Virus record (IMG/VR): IMGVR_UViG_3300045988_085825
Source of the DNA: a virus
DNA: 57,964 nt
Strand: one strand, 5' to 3'
Shown: piece by piece, positions 33,154 to 42,233 of the stretch
How the letters are laid out: every line of letters begins with the position of its first letter
How positions within the stretch are numbered: the first letter of the stretch is position 1
The notes under the pieces: model-generated
The model's database searches: none
Seen by the model: the letters and a program-made list of their open reading frames with translations, nothing else
Told to the model about the DNA's origin: nothing
Made by a program: the position numbers and the translations under genes

Positions 33154-33353
33154 TGGAGAAACTTAAACCGTGCCCGTTCTGTGGTTGTCATGATCGCAGA
33201 GTGGGAATCAGAAAAATGGGGAAGACAGGATACAAAGTGATTTGTAGCAGGTGTGGAAGTTCTGGGCCGTATATAAGAATTGCAGATTGCACAAGCAAGA
33301 TGGATACACAGGAAGAGACGAAGAGAGCATGGAACAGGAGGGCAAGCGGATGA
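33153..33353 (+). CDS. Lar-like restriction-alleviation family protein (recall)
   Basis: LKPCPFCG...CSRCG...EETKRAWNRRA pattern. Confidence 0.6.
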   Translation: MEKLKPCPFCGCHDRRVGIRKMGKTGYKVICSRCGSSGPYIRIADCTSKMDTQEETKRAWNRRASG

Positions 33354-33493
33354 TATGGTATCAGAAAATTAAACCATTCGTTCCAAAATACGCAAATTAC
33401 GATTATACGAAAGTTTACGACAGAAACGACAGATGTATTGGATGGATAAGGATTTATTACGAGTATAGGAGGGTGAATAATGAGATTGATTGA
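33350..33493 (+). CDS. Small hypothetical protein
   Basis: ATGA-coupled, 47 aa. Confidence 0.4.
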   Translation: MIWYQKIKPFVPKYANYDYTKVYDRNDRCIGWIRIYYEYRRVNNEID

Positions 33494-33788
33494 TGCGGAC
33501 ATGCTGATAGAAGAAATTGAAAAAATAGCTCTGGAAGTCGAACAACAGACGCAGAGCAGGAGAAATGGAAAAACACTTGCACAAGGTATTTTGTTTGGTT
33601 TTGGTGCTATGCGGAAAACAGTTTTGGAGCAACCGACCGCCTACGATGTGGATAAGGTTGCCGCACAGTTAGAAAGAGATAAATTTATTGATATCGAGAC
33701 TACGCTATCAGATGTACATCAGGGATATAACGCTGGAATAAGCAGAGCTATTGAAATCGTGAAAGGCGGTGGAGTAGATGGCAATTAA
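33480..33788 (+). CDS. Hypothetical protein
   Basis: 102-aa ORF. Confidence 0.5.
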   Translation: MRLIDADMLIEEIEKIALEVEQQTQSRRNGKTLAQGILFGFGAMRKTVLEQPTAYDVDKVAAQLERDKFIDIETTLSDVHQGYNAGISRAIEIVKGGGVDGN

Positions 33789-34404
33789 ACCTATTTTATT
33801 CAATACCGAGATGGTGCGCGCGATTCTGGACGGCAGAAAGAGTTGCACTAGGAGGATATGCAAAGATGCAAATGAGTATACAGTACCGGATATGGATTTT
33901 TATAATGCTGACAGGCGGACTTATGCAGTACATAACTATGCTGATCGAGAACAGACAGAGAAGTTAAGCATATCAGAGAGAAACTGTCCTATATGTCCGG
34001 GAGATATCCTGTATGTTCGGGAAACATTCATTCAGATAGCAGCTCACACCTTTTGGTACAAGGCAGATGGTAAATCATGGATGTTAAAAGATTTGCGTTG
34101 GAAACCATCCATCCACATGCCGAAAGAAGCTGCTCGAATCTGGCTGAAGGTTACGGATGTACGGGTGGAGCGATTGCAGGAGATTACCGAGGATGGAGCA
34201 AAGGCAGAAGGCGCGATAGATAACAGAGGATTTATCCACAGTCCTGAGAATGAATATGATCGCATACATACAGCCAGAGAAAATTTTATTGAAATCTGGG
34301 ACAGCACCATCAAGAAATCCGACTTTGACAGTTATGGGTGGGCTGCAAATCCATGGGTGTGGGTCATCGAATTTGAGCGCTGTGAGAAACCGCAGGAGGT
34401 GTGA
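33778..34404 (+). CDS. ASCH-like domain protein
   Basis: N-terminal KPILFNTEMVRAILDGRKSCTRR pattern. Confidence 0.55.
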   Translation: MAIKPILFNTEMVRAILDGRKSCTRRICKDANEYTVPDMDFYNADRRTYAVHNYADREQTEKLSISERNCPICPGDILYVRETFIQIAAHTFWYKADGKSWMLKDLRWKPSIHMPKEAARIWLKVTDVRVERLQEITEDGAKAEGAIDNRGFIHSPENEYDRIHTARENFIEIWDSTIKKSDFDSYGWAANPWVWVIEFERCEKPQEV

Positions 34405-34405
34405 G

Positions 34406-34822
34406 ATGGAGAGATTAACACAAACAAGTGACAAAGGTGGCGTTGCTTTTACTTTTTATTTGACCATATCCTGTGAGCCGAATGAAGCTAAGAAGATTTT
34501 GAAAGTAGCTGAGAAATTAAAACAATACGAAGATCTGGAAGAGCAGGGACGGCTGCTGCGGTTGCCGTGTAAAAAAGGTGACATTGTGTGGGAGTTGTGT
34601 GAGTGCGATGACGGAGTTTTTCGGATTTTCCCGATGGAAGTCAAAGTTGTTGCTGCGTTCGGTGAACTCCTTCGGACAAGCAGTAGATGCCGTGTGTGGA
34701 ACATCTATGCAGAAAGTGATTATACCAAGATGTATAAGAGTTTCTACGATATCGGAACGTCTGTGTTTCTTACCCGCGAGGAAGCCGAAGCCAAGCTGAA
34801 AGAAATAGAGGAGTCCCTATGA
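34406..34822 (+). CDS. Hypothetical protein
   Basis: Start at ATG 34406 after GGAGGTG. Confidence 0.5.
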   Translation: MERLTQTSDKGGVAFTFYLTISCEPNEAKKILKVAEKLKQYEDLEEQGRLLRLPCKKGDIVWELCECDDGVFRIFPMEVKVVAAFGELLRTSSRCRVWNIYAESDYTKMYKSFYDIGTSVFLTREEAEAKLKEIEESL

Positions 34823-35205
34823 GCAGAAAAACAATTCCGAAAAAGACAAGACTGGAACTGTATGAAAAATACAATCACAGATGCGGCTACTGTGGCTGCG
34901 AAATAGCCTATAAGGACATGCAGGTGGATCACCTTAAGCCGGTATATGTGCACGGTGAATATCTGGGAGATATGGATTCAGAGCAATTAAACGACATATC
35001 AAATTTTATTCCGGCATGTAGGCAGTGCAATTTGTATAAATCCACTTTCGAGCTGGAAGAGTTCCGGGAACGCTTAAAGGTTACGATGATGGAAAATCTC
35101 AGGAAGGATTTCCGGTACCGACTGGCAGTGAAATATGGATTGATAGAAGAAAAAGAACAACCGATTGTGTTTTATTTTGAAAAAATGGAGGAGAGCCATG
35201 ATTGA
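34819..35205 (+). CDS. HNH endonuclease
   Basis: HRCGYCGCEI...QVDHLKP...NFIPACRQCNLYK. Confidence 0.8.
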   Translation: MSRKTIPKKTRLELYEKYNHRCGYCGCEIAYKDMQVDHLKPVYVHGEYLGDMDSEQLNDISNFIPACRQCNLYKSTFELEEFRERLKVTMMENLRKDFRYRLAVKYGLIEEKEQPIVFYFEKMEESHD

Positions 35206-35614
35206 AAAAGATATAAGCCAGTATTTATCACTGGAGCAACGAGCAAGAAATTTATTTGGTGAAAATTATGATCTGGAGAACTGTGTTGAAGAACTTAGGC
35301 AGTACCGAAATACCACGTTATCACCGGAACAAGTGAGAACTCTTCAAAAACGTTTTTTAGATGTATCCCTTCGGTTGGACGAATATATGGCAATCGGTAC
35401 GCCGGAAGAATGGAGGGAAGCGGTTACGAAGCAGATATCAAGACATCCGGTCGATAAAACGAAGCCAGATAGTGGATATGGAAATTATTATGAAAATGCT
35501 CGTGTAATCGTGTGCCCTAACTGCAATGGAAGATTAAAATTGAAATCTAAAGGAAAATATTGTGATAAATGCGGGCAAAAACTAAGCTGGGAGAATCATG
35601 ATGTCACGAAATAA
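35198..35614 (+). CDS. Hypothetical zinc-ribbon protein
   Basis: Start at ATG 35198. Contains CPNCNG...CDKCG. Confidence 0.5.
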   Translation: MIEKDISQYLSLEQRARNLFGENYDLENCVEELRQYRNTTLSPEQVRTLQKRFLDVSLRLDEYMAIGTPEEWREAVTKQISRHPVDKTKPDSGYGNYYENARVIVCPNCNGRLKLKSKGKYCDKCGQKLSWENHDVTK

Positions 35615-35996
35615 AGAAGAACGAGCAAGAATGGAGGGCATGGCACAGGCTCTACGAATTGCCAAGGAAAAATGTGTCGAAGGACTTGAGGAAGAATTAA
35701 GGATGAGGAATATTGTTGATCTTCCGTGTGCCGTCAGTAAGTCTGCCATGAATGAATGCATTATGCAGATAAAGAACAATACAGTTGATACAGTCACTAT
35801 TTTATCGGCATATATTCTTCATGAAAAATTTGGTTTTGGGAGAACAAGATTAGATAGATTTATCCATGAATTTAATTTCCAGGCAGAATGTCTGATGGAT
35901 GATTATTTCACATGGGACGACCAGATCGAAGTTCTCCGTCAGGAATGCGGACTTAACCTTGAAATCGGGAAGAATGATAAGGATGTGAGAATTTGA
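35598..35996 (+). CDS. Hypothetical protein
   Basis: 132-aa ORF. Confidence 0.5.
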   Translation: MMSRNKEERARMEGMAQALRIAKEKCVEGLEEELRMRNIVDLPCAVSKSAMNECIMQIKNNTVDTVTILSAYILHEKFGFGRTRLDRFIHEFNFQAECLMDDYFTWDDQIEVLRQECGLNLEIGKNDKDVRI

Positions 35997-36592
35997 CAAA
36001 GGATTTTAGAAAAGTGTTTGCAATGAAATCAGAGCGCGAAAAAAGAACTAAGAAAATTTGTCCCGACATCCCTAATTCCAGTGGAATATATGTATTTTAC
36101 AGGATTGATGAAGCTGGAATCAGGAGAGCTTATTGCGGACAGGCAGTAAATCTGCTGGAAAGATGCGCGTCACATTTAGGAGAGTATGACCATATAGCAT
36201 TAAGCCTTAAAAAACACGGATTTTACAGTAATGAGAATCCATACGGCTGGAAACTGGATTACAGGACATATCCTAAGTCAGAATTGGATGATAAGGAAGT
36301 TGAAACTATTAAATCGTTTGCGGATAAAGGTTTTCAAATGTATAACGTCACAGCGGGAAGTCAAGGAAAAGGGAAACAGGTAACAGGGCAGTACAAGCAG
36401 CCTAAGACGTACTCGCAGGGCATACAACAGGGTAGAAAGAATATGGCTAGGGAATTATCGTCTATAGCAGAAAAACACCTTAAAATCGAGCTGAGAGCGG
36501 ATAAGGCTAATAATAAGGTGTCACAGAAACAGTATGAGAAATTTATGGATTTATTGAAAGCGGGTGATGGTAATGTTGATTCCAAAAGTTAA
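35993..36592 (+). CDS. GIY-YIG nuclease domain protein
   Basis: SGIYVFYRIDEAGIRRAYCGQAVNLLERCASH. Start codon uncertain (TTG 35993 or ATG 36023). Confidence 0.65.
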   Translation: MTKDFRKVFAMKSEREKRTKKICPDIPNSSGIYVFYRIDEAGIRRAYCGQAVNLLERCASHLGEYDHIALSLKKHGFYSNENPYGWKLDYRTYPKSELDDKEVETIKSFADKGFQMYNVTAGSQGKGKQVTGQYKQPKTYSQGIQQGRKNMARELSSIAEKHLKIELRADKANNKVSQKQYEKFMDLLKAGDGNVDSKS

Positions 36593-36866
36593 AGCCAAAG
36601 AATTTGAAAAATTCGGATTTAAGAAGTGCAAGGGTGAATATGGCAAGAATGGTTGTTATTACCTTTGCGTTGCAAGAGGTGTAAAAATGCTTTTTGTGAG
36701 CAATGTGATTTTTGATGTTAATGATTGGATAGATAATGACCCAAGAATACATAAAGACGCAAATTGCAGATACAGAGACCGCAGGACATATCTTGATATT
36801 ATTTATGAGCTAATCAAGGAAAATATGCTTGTAAGTGATTGTTTGAAAGAAGGTAGGAGTGAATGA
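36564..36866 (+). CDS. Hypothetical protein
   Basis: 100-aa ORF. Confidence 0.45.
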   Translation: MMVMLIPKVKAKEFEKFGFKKCKGEYGKNGCYYLCVARGVKMLFVSNVIFDVNDWIDNDPRIHKDANCRYRDRRTYLDIIYELIKENMLVSDCLKEGRSE

Positions 36867-37216
36867 GCGAAATTAAAGGCTATACAGCGGAAGAAATCGC
36901 ACGAAATGCAAAGCAAAAACTTATTAGCGATTATGAATTTTGCAAGTGTAATTTAGCTGAAATCAGACGGCGTGAAAAAGAAATTGCAGATATAAGACTT
37001 GATTACAATTTAAAGATAATAAAGTACAGGATGAAAAGCGCAAACAGAGTTCTTGACTTCATAAGAAGTGAATATAGGGCAGGTAGAATTTGCGACCTTG
37101 AAACGCTATTGTGTCACTGTCAAAACAAGTTGAATGGCAATCTTGACGGAACAGAACTAGACCTTGATGAGCATTTAAGAGGAGTTTCCTTTAAGAAAGT
37201 TGGTAAAGATGACTAA
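36863..37216 (+). CDS. Hypothetical protein
   Basis: 117-aa ORF with an AGGAG RBS. Confidence 0.45.
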   Translation: MSEIKGYTAEEIARNAKQKLISDYEFCKCNLAEIRRREKEIADIRLDYNLKIIKYRMKSANRVLDFIRSEYRAGRICDLETLLCHCQNKLNGNLDGTELDLDEHLRGVSFKKVGKDD

Positions 37217-37388
37217 CAAAGACTATGACTGCCATTGTTGGAATGATTACCCCAACGAAATGCACAGATACAGAGGTCAAAAGCATTATAAGAATTGCAA
37301 ATGAAAATGTGTTGATTGCTACGAATATGTTGGCAAGTCTAAGTTTGGAGCAATGCATTGTAGAAAGAAAGTGAGTGATTCGGAATGA
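37209..37388 (+). other. 59-codon Cys-rich reading frame with one in-frame TGA
   Basis: The frame overlaps the upstream gene at its start and the downstream ATG (ATGA) at its end. The in-frame TGA is at 37302..37304. Confidence 0.3.
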
Positions 37389-37660
37389 AGATTTTAAGCA
37401 AGAAGAAATATAATAAACTTATTGAAGATTTTGAGAAATTGCAGGAAAAGGTCAAGGAACTTGAAAGGATAAACGAGAATATCGGGAAAAAGTTGGAAGA
37501 TAAAAAGACAAGCTACAAGCTGAATAGTGGAAAGAATTTCTGCTTTAAATGCAAAAACTCTTACAGATACAAGACATATTGGGTAGTGGCAGAAATCGAA
37601 ACATTCGGTTGCTTGCTTGATGTGTCTTGCGAGAATTTTAAGAGAAAAGAAAGTGAGTGA
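37385..37660 (+). CDS. Hypothetical coiled-coil protein
   Basis: 91-aa ORF. Confidence 0.45.
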   Translation: MKILSKKKYNKLIEDFEKLQEKVKELERINENIGKKLEDKKTSYKLNSGKNFCFKCKNSYRYKTYWVVAEIETFGCLLDVSCENFKRKESE

Positions 37661-37666
37661 TTCAGT

Positions 37667-37882
37667 GTGATAACTGAAAGAAATGAATGTTGCGGTTGCG
37701 CTGTTCCAGCATATCCTTGCCTTGGAGATAGTTGTCCTAGAAGACATACAGCAGTGCTGATCTGCGACGAGTGCGGGGATGAAGTAGAAACATTATACAA
37801 AGTGGACGGAATGCAGTTATGTAGCCGATGCGCTTTGAATGAACTGGAGGAAGTTGATTATGAAAGAGAAAGAGGCTATTGA
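37667..37882 (+). CDS. Cys-rich hypothetical protein
   Basis: 71 aa, GTG start. Confidence 0.4.
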   Translation: MITERNECCGCAVPAYPCLGDSCPRRHTAVLICDECGDEVETLYKVDGMQLCSRCALNELEEVDYERERGY

Positions 37883-38321
37883 ATATCTGAAAACAAAATA
37901 TTTGCACCCAGATAGTCCAGCTAATCCCTCAAAAGAGCTATGCATTATGCATAATGAGGCTCTTGATTTGGCAATTGCCGCCTTGAAAGAAGAGGATAAG
38001 CGGAAGAAAAAGAGCGTTACGTTAGAGCAGATCAAGGAAATTGTTGACTATTTGAATCAAGTATGCGAAACGAGATACAAATACAATAACAAGCAGACAC
38101 AATCTTACATAAATGCCAGATTTTCCGAAGGATATACGATGGAAGATTTCAAAAACGTGATCGACAAAAAGGCAAAGGAATGGAAAGGGACGCAGTTTGA
38201 ACAGTTTTTGAAGCCCGAAACGCTGTTTTGCACCAAATTTGAGGGATACGTCAATCAGAAAGAGAAAGTCTTCAGACCAAAAGGACAGCAGGACATTTTA
38301 GGCGAGTGGAGGGATAGCTGA
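37860..38321 (+). CDS. Replication protein with conserved phage C-terminal domain (DnaD/replisome-organizer-like, recall)
   Basis: The segment IVDYLNQVCETRYKYNNKQTQSYINARFSEGYTMEDFKNVIDKKAKEWKGTQFEQFLKPETLF matches the conserved phage C-terminus pattern. Confidence 0.6.
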   Translation: MKEKEAIEYLKTKYLHPDSPANPSKELCIMHNEALDLAIAALKEEDKRKKKSVTLEQIKEIVDYLNQVCETRYKYNNKQTQSYINARFSEGYTMEDFKNVIDKKAKEWKGTQFEQFLKPETLFCTKFEGYVNQKEKVFRPKGQQDILGEWRDS

Positions 38322-38872
38322 TGACCAGAGAAGAGACACAAAATCTTCTGGCAATGATGCAGGCAGCCTATCAGAATTACAATCCACCTAGCAAAACAGC
38401 TGCGGTAAATGTCTGGAATATGATGTTGCAGGACTTTGACTGGAAGATTGTGCAGGCGGCATTTGTGGCATTTGTCAGAGAAAACGCCAGCGGATTTCCT
38501 CCATCACCTGGGCAGATCGTCGAAAAAATTCAATTGCTCACTAAACCAGAAGATTTGAATGAAATGGAAGCATGGGCGTTGGTGAGTAAGGCTATCAGAA
38601 GGAGTGCTTATAATAGTCGGGAAGAGTATGAGAAGCTGCCAGAATCCGTGCAGAAAGCCGTAGGCTCCTCAAATCAGTTGTATGCTTGGGCAATGGATAC
38701 AGAATACAATGAAAGTGTTGTGAGTAGCCATTTTGTCAGATGTTATCGAACAATTATTGAACGGGAGAATACGGTTGCGAAGATGCCGGAGAATATCAGA
38801 AAACTTATAGGACGGGTAAACCAGAAATTGGATGGAATAGAAAGCAATGCGTATAGCATAGAAGAAAAATAA
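38321..38872 (+). CDS. G39P-like helicase loader (recall)
   Basis: The N-terminal TREETQNLLAMMQAAYQNYNP...AAVNVWNMMLQDFDW pattern. Confidence 0.6.
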   Translation: MTREETQNLLAMMQAAYQNYNPPSKTAAVNVWNMMLQDFDWKIVQAAFVAFVRENASGFPPSPGQIVEKIQLLTKPEDLNEMEAWALVSKAIRRSAYNSREEYEKLPESVQKAVGSSNQLYAWAMDTEYNESVVSSHFVRCYRTIIERENTVAKMPENIRKLIGRVNQKLDGIESNAYSIEEK

Positions 38873-38884
38873 ATATCGGAAGGA

Positions 38885-39412
38885 GTGAAGAGGTTTGTCC
38901 GGACAATAAAGCTGGCTTTACTCCGAGATAAAATGAAAAGCCAAAAGGAACGAAGTGCGGAACTATACAAAAGCAGAAAAGAAAGCGGTCTGTGTCCCAG
39001 ATGTGGGAAACCGCTAGATAGAGATGGACATTATTGTTCTGAGTGTTTGGAAAAAGAAAGAGAATATCGCAGTGAAACAAAAAAATTTTGTAAGGAAAAC
39101 GGAATTTGTCCGGTCTGCCATAAAGAAAAGTTGTATGGAGACGAGAAACAATGCATATTATGCAGAGAGTATCACTGGGAGTATGGCATAAAGAATCCAC
39201 TAACCGATCAGCAGAAAGAAAAGTACAGAAACCGTTTTCGTGAGACGCAAAAAAAATTATATGCAGAAAGAGTATCGAATGGTATATGCACCAGATGCGG
39301 AAAACTAAAAGTAGTTCCAGGAAGGAAAAAGTGTGGAATCTGCCTTGAAAAAGACATGATTTTGCACAGAAACAGGAGGGCTTATGAGGTCGAACTTCAA
39401 CAGACTAAGTAA
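38885..39412 (+). CDS. Multi-zinc-ribbon hypothetical protein
   Basis: Four CxxC pairs. Start uncertain (GTG 38885 or ATG 38933). Confidence 0.45.
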   Translation: MKRFVRTIKLALLRDKMKSQKERSAELYKSRKESGLCPRCGKPLDRDGHYCSECLEKEREYRSETKKFCKENGICPVCHKEKLYGDEKQCILCREYHWEYGIKNPLTDQQKEKYRNRFRETQKKLYAERVSNGICTRCGKLKVVPGRKKCGICLEKDMILHRNRRAYEVELQQTK

Positions 39413-39719
39413 GCCGGAAGTTGATTTTTTGTTAGATAACTGTAATTTTTCGGAAGATGAAATCATACTATTTAAAATGGCAAGTGCTGGAAGCAGCGAT
39501 GTTCAGATTGCGGAGAAACTGTGCATGTGCGTTTCCAGCATTACCAAGAAGAAAAAAATAGTCAGACGTAAAATAAAAGAGTTTTTGGAGGTATCTGGCA
39601 ATATGACTACAATCTATGTCAATGGTAAGCGTGTGACAAAAGAAGAACTCAAAAACAATGAAATTCAGATAGAGTCAGTAAAAAAAATACTGTCAGAGAA
39701 ATTGACGAAAAGTAAATAG
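39384..39719 (+). CDS. Sigma-70 region-4-like HTH protein (candidate late activator)
   Basis: SEDEIILFKMASAGSSDVQIAEKLCMCVSSITKKKKIVRRKIKEF. It is the last gene of the early operon. Confidence 0.55.
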   Translation: MRSNFNRLSKPEVDFLLDNCNFSEDEIILFKMASAGSSDVQIAEKLCMCVSSITKKKKIVRRKIKEFLEVSGNMTTIYVNGKRVTKEELKNNEIQIESVKKILSEKLTKSK

Positions 39720-39730
39720 AATTGTAGAAT

Positions 39731-39761
39731 ATGGCTAGAATAAAAACTAGCCATTTCTTTT
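39731..39761 (+). terminator. Intrinsic terminator before the integrase gene
   Basis: ATGGCTAG-aataaaaa-CTAGCCAT followed by TTCTTTT. Confidence 0.7.
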
Positions 39762-39775
39762 AGGAGGAATGGCAT

Positions 39776-41125
39776 ATGAGAAAACTTAATGTCGCGTATC
39801 TAAGAGTATCTACAGAAGCTCAGACTGAAAAGTACGGATTAGATGTGCAAAAACAAAAAATACTGGATCATTGTGAAAAAAAGGGAGTGGTAATAGACAA
39901 ATGGTATATTGACGGCGGATATAGTGGAAGTAAACTTGACCGACCGAAAATTCAAGAATTATTGGATGATGCAGAAAAAGGATTGATAGGGACTGTTTTT
40001 ATTTATAAGCTGGACAGGATGAGCCGAGATGTAATTGATACTCTTAATTTATTTTATAAGGTATTACCCAAGTATGGGGTTAAGGTCGTATCAATGACAG
40101 AAGATTTGCGGACAGAAAAACCTATGGATCGAGTCATGCTTACAATGAATGCCGCGATGAACCAGTATGAGCGTGAAGTTATTCGAATGAGAATGTCTGC
40201 AGGAATGTTGGAGCGCGTAAAAAAGGGACTCTGGATGGGCGGAGGACGCATTCCATGGGGATATTACTATGACAGAAACGACGGCATACTTCATGTAGAT
40301 GAAGAACAGGCTAAAATGGTGAGGAACGCATACAAACTTTATCTGAAAGGATATTCGTGCGACAAGATAGCCACTATGCTTGGATTCCGCGGCGAGCGAA
40401 TTGTTACGCAGATATTGAAAAGGAAATCAAATATAGGTCTTATAGAGTACAAAGGAAATGTATATCAAGGGAAGCATGAACCTATTGTTGATGAAAAATT
40501 GTTTTGGGATGTTCAAGATGCAATTAACAAGAGGAAATCAAATTCGCACATAAGCAATAATCATTTGCTTACAGGCCTTTGCTATTGCGGATATTGCGGA
40601 TCTAAAATGCGGTATCAGAAATGGGGAAGATCAGGACACAGGCTTGTTTGCTATTCGCATTACAAAAGCGGAAAACCTTATATGCGAAAAGTGGATAGTT
40701 GTATAAGCAAACCAGAAAGAGCAGATTTTTTAGAAAACGAAATTGAGGATGCTTTCAAAAAATTTGCAATTCATGTTGATGAAACCGAGAATGAATGTCT
40801 GGATCAGTCAATAATTCTTGAACGTACTATAAAATCGGAGCATGAGCGTCTAAAAAAAATGTACACTTTGTATATAAGCTGCATGAGCGACGATTTGTTG
40901 GAATTGATAAAGGAAAAAGAAGAAAGTATAAAAAAATTACAAAAACAACTTGAAGAGAATGAACGAGAGAAAGGATGCGATGTTGAAAAAATAGAGGAAA
41001 TCAAGCAGATGGCAGATGTCTGGGATTCCTTGACGGTAAAAGAGAAGAACCGAATATTAAAAGAATGTGTAGAAAAAATAATAATAAAAGGGAGCGACAT
41101 AGAAGTCAGCTTCGTTACTTTTTAA
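39776..41125 (+). CDS. Large serine recombinase (integrase)
   Basis: Resolvase-type N-terminus (VAYLRVSTEAQ...YKLDRMSRD), a recombinase domain, and a zinc-ribbon/coiled-coil C-terminus. Confidence 0.9.
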   Translation: MRKLNVAYLRVSTEAQTEKYGLDVQKQKILDHCEKKGVVIDKWYIDGGYSGSKLDRPKIQELLDDAEKGLIGTVFIYKLDRMSRDVIDTLNLFYKVLPKYGVKVVSMTEDLRTEKPMDRVMLTMNAAMNQYEREVIRMRMSAGMLERVKKGLWMGGGRIPWGYYYDRNDGILHVDEEQAKMVRNAYKLYLKGYSCDKIATMLGFRGERIVTQILKRKSNIGLIEYKGNVYQGKHEPIVDEKLFWDVQDAINKRKSNSHISNNHLLTGLCYCGYCGSKMRYQKWGRSGHRLVCYSHYKSGKPYMRKVDSCISKPERADFLENEIEDAFKKFAIHVDETENECLDQSIILERTIKSEHERLKKMYTLYISCMSDDLLELIKEKEESIKKLQKQLEENEREKGCDVEKIEEIKQMADVWDSLTVKEKNRILKECVEKIIIKGSDIEVSFVTF

Positions 41126-41135
41126 TATATTTCTG

Positions 41136-41167
41136 CTTCCTATATTCATTCCCGCGATTATAGGAAG
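41136..41167. promoter_or_regulatory. 32-bp palindrome next to the integrase gene (candidate attP core or recombinase site)
   Basis: CTTCCTATA-14 nt-TATAGGAAG, starting 10 nt after the integrase stop. No U-tract on either strand. Confidence 0.3.
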
Positions 41168-41293
41168 ACGAAAAAGCTGAAATGGCTAGTTTTTATTCTA
41201 TTTTTACAGTTTGTATATAGTTATTTTGCTGATATAGGACGGTTTTGCCGTCTTTTTTTATGCCAAAATGTAAGCAGAAGGAGGGAGAAAAGA

Positions 41294-41437
41294 ATGTTTT
41301 CAGATGAAATTTTAGAAAAGATTTTTGCCCGGAAAGAATTGCAGAGACTTGATCTACAGACACAGTCAGAAGTCATTCACGCAATAGAGGAAGTTTTGGA
41401 GGAGGTAAAAGAAAATGCCAGTTCCGTATCAGAATAA
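41294..41437 (+). CDS. Small hypothetical protein (47 aa, not in ORF track)
   Basis: ATG 41294 after GAAGGAGGGAG. Confidence 0.4.
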   Translation: MFSDEILEKIFARKELQRLDLQTQSEVIHAIEEVLEEVKENASSVSE

Positions 41438-41936
41438 TATGTATCCTCAGATGCCATATGGCCAGCAGCAATACGGTGTAAATTCATATCTTCCGTATAT
41501 GCAGCCGAGATTTCAGCAGCCGGAAGTTCCGGCGCAGCAGGTTCAGCAACAGACTCCACCGGTGCAACAGATGCCAAGGGGACTTAACGGAATGGTCGTG
41601 CAGGCAATCGAAAACGTGACAGCTGATTGTGTGCCTATGGACGGTTCAGCAGCTTTCTTCCCCAAGCAGGACTTGTCAGAAATCTATGTTAAAAGTTGGT
41701 GTGCTGATGGAACAATACGCACATTGACCTATAAACCGGTTCAACCAAATACACCTAAAGAAGTACAGGCTGGCGAAGATAAAATGGTTTCTGGACTCGC
41801 ACAGAACGTCACAGAGGTATTTGAGAGACACTTCAACGAGCTTTCCGAAAAGATTGACCGGTTGGAACTGTCAATAGCCAGACCGGGAACAAAAGGAAGA
41901 ACTGCCACAGTGAAAAAGGATGGTGAATCTGAATGA
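41415..41936 (+). CDS. Gln/Pro-rich hypothetical protein
   Basis: 173 aa. The N-terminal 55 aa are Q/P/Y/M low complexity. Confidence 0.5.
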   Translation: MPVPYQNNMYPQMPYGQQQYGVNSYLPYMQPRFQQPEVPAQQVQQQTPPVQQMPRGLNGMVVQAIENVTADCVPMDGSAAFFPKQDLSEIYVKSWCADGTIRTLTYKPVQPNTPKEVQAGEDKMVSGLAQNVTEVFERHFNELSEKIDRLELSIARPGTKGRTATVKKDGESE

Positions 41937-42160
41937 ATCCGATGAATTTAATGCAGATGTTTCAAAATCCACAGCAGTTTATGCAAAATATTATGGGTAA
42001 CAACCAAATCATGAGCAATCCAATGGCACAAAATGTCGTAAAGATGATGCAAAAAGGGGATGCACAGGGGATTGAGCAGATGGCAAGAAACCTGTGTAAA
42101 GAAAAAAATCTGAATGCAGATGAAGTAATGCAGCAGATAAAAAGTAAATTTAATCTTTGA
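41933..42160 (+). CDS. Met/Gln/Asn-rich small protein
   Basis: 75 aa, ATGA-coupled. Confidence 0.5.
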   Translation: MNPMNLMQMFQNPQQFMQNIMGNNQIMSNPMAQNVVKMMQKGDAQGIEQMARNLCKEKNLNADEVMQQIKSKFNL

Positions 42161-42233
42161 TAGCATATTAGAGGTTTGTGCACAAAACCTAGGGAATCTC
42201 TTTATGAATATATTTTACGGAGGTAAATCTAAT

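Noticed and set aside
29460-37304. Stop-codon reassignment (TAG or TGA read as sense) to explain the in-frame stops at 29460 and 37302
   Set aside because: TAA, TAG and TGA all terminate well-conserved genes at the expected lengths, for example TGA after the ATPase and TAA after the tape measure. The MBL break also changes frame, not just a codon. The two encoded tRNAs have anticodons UUG and UAU, so neither is a suppressor.
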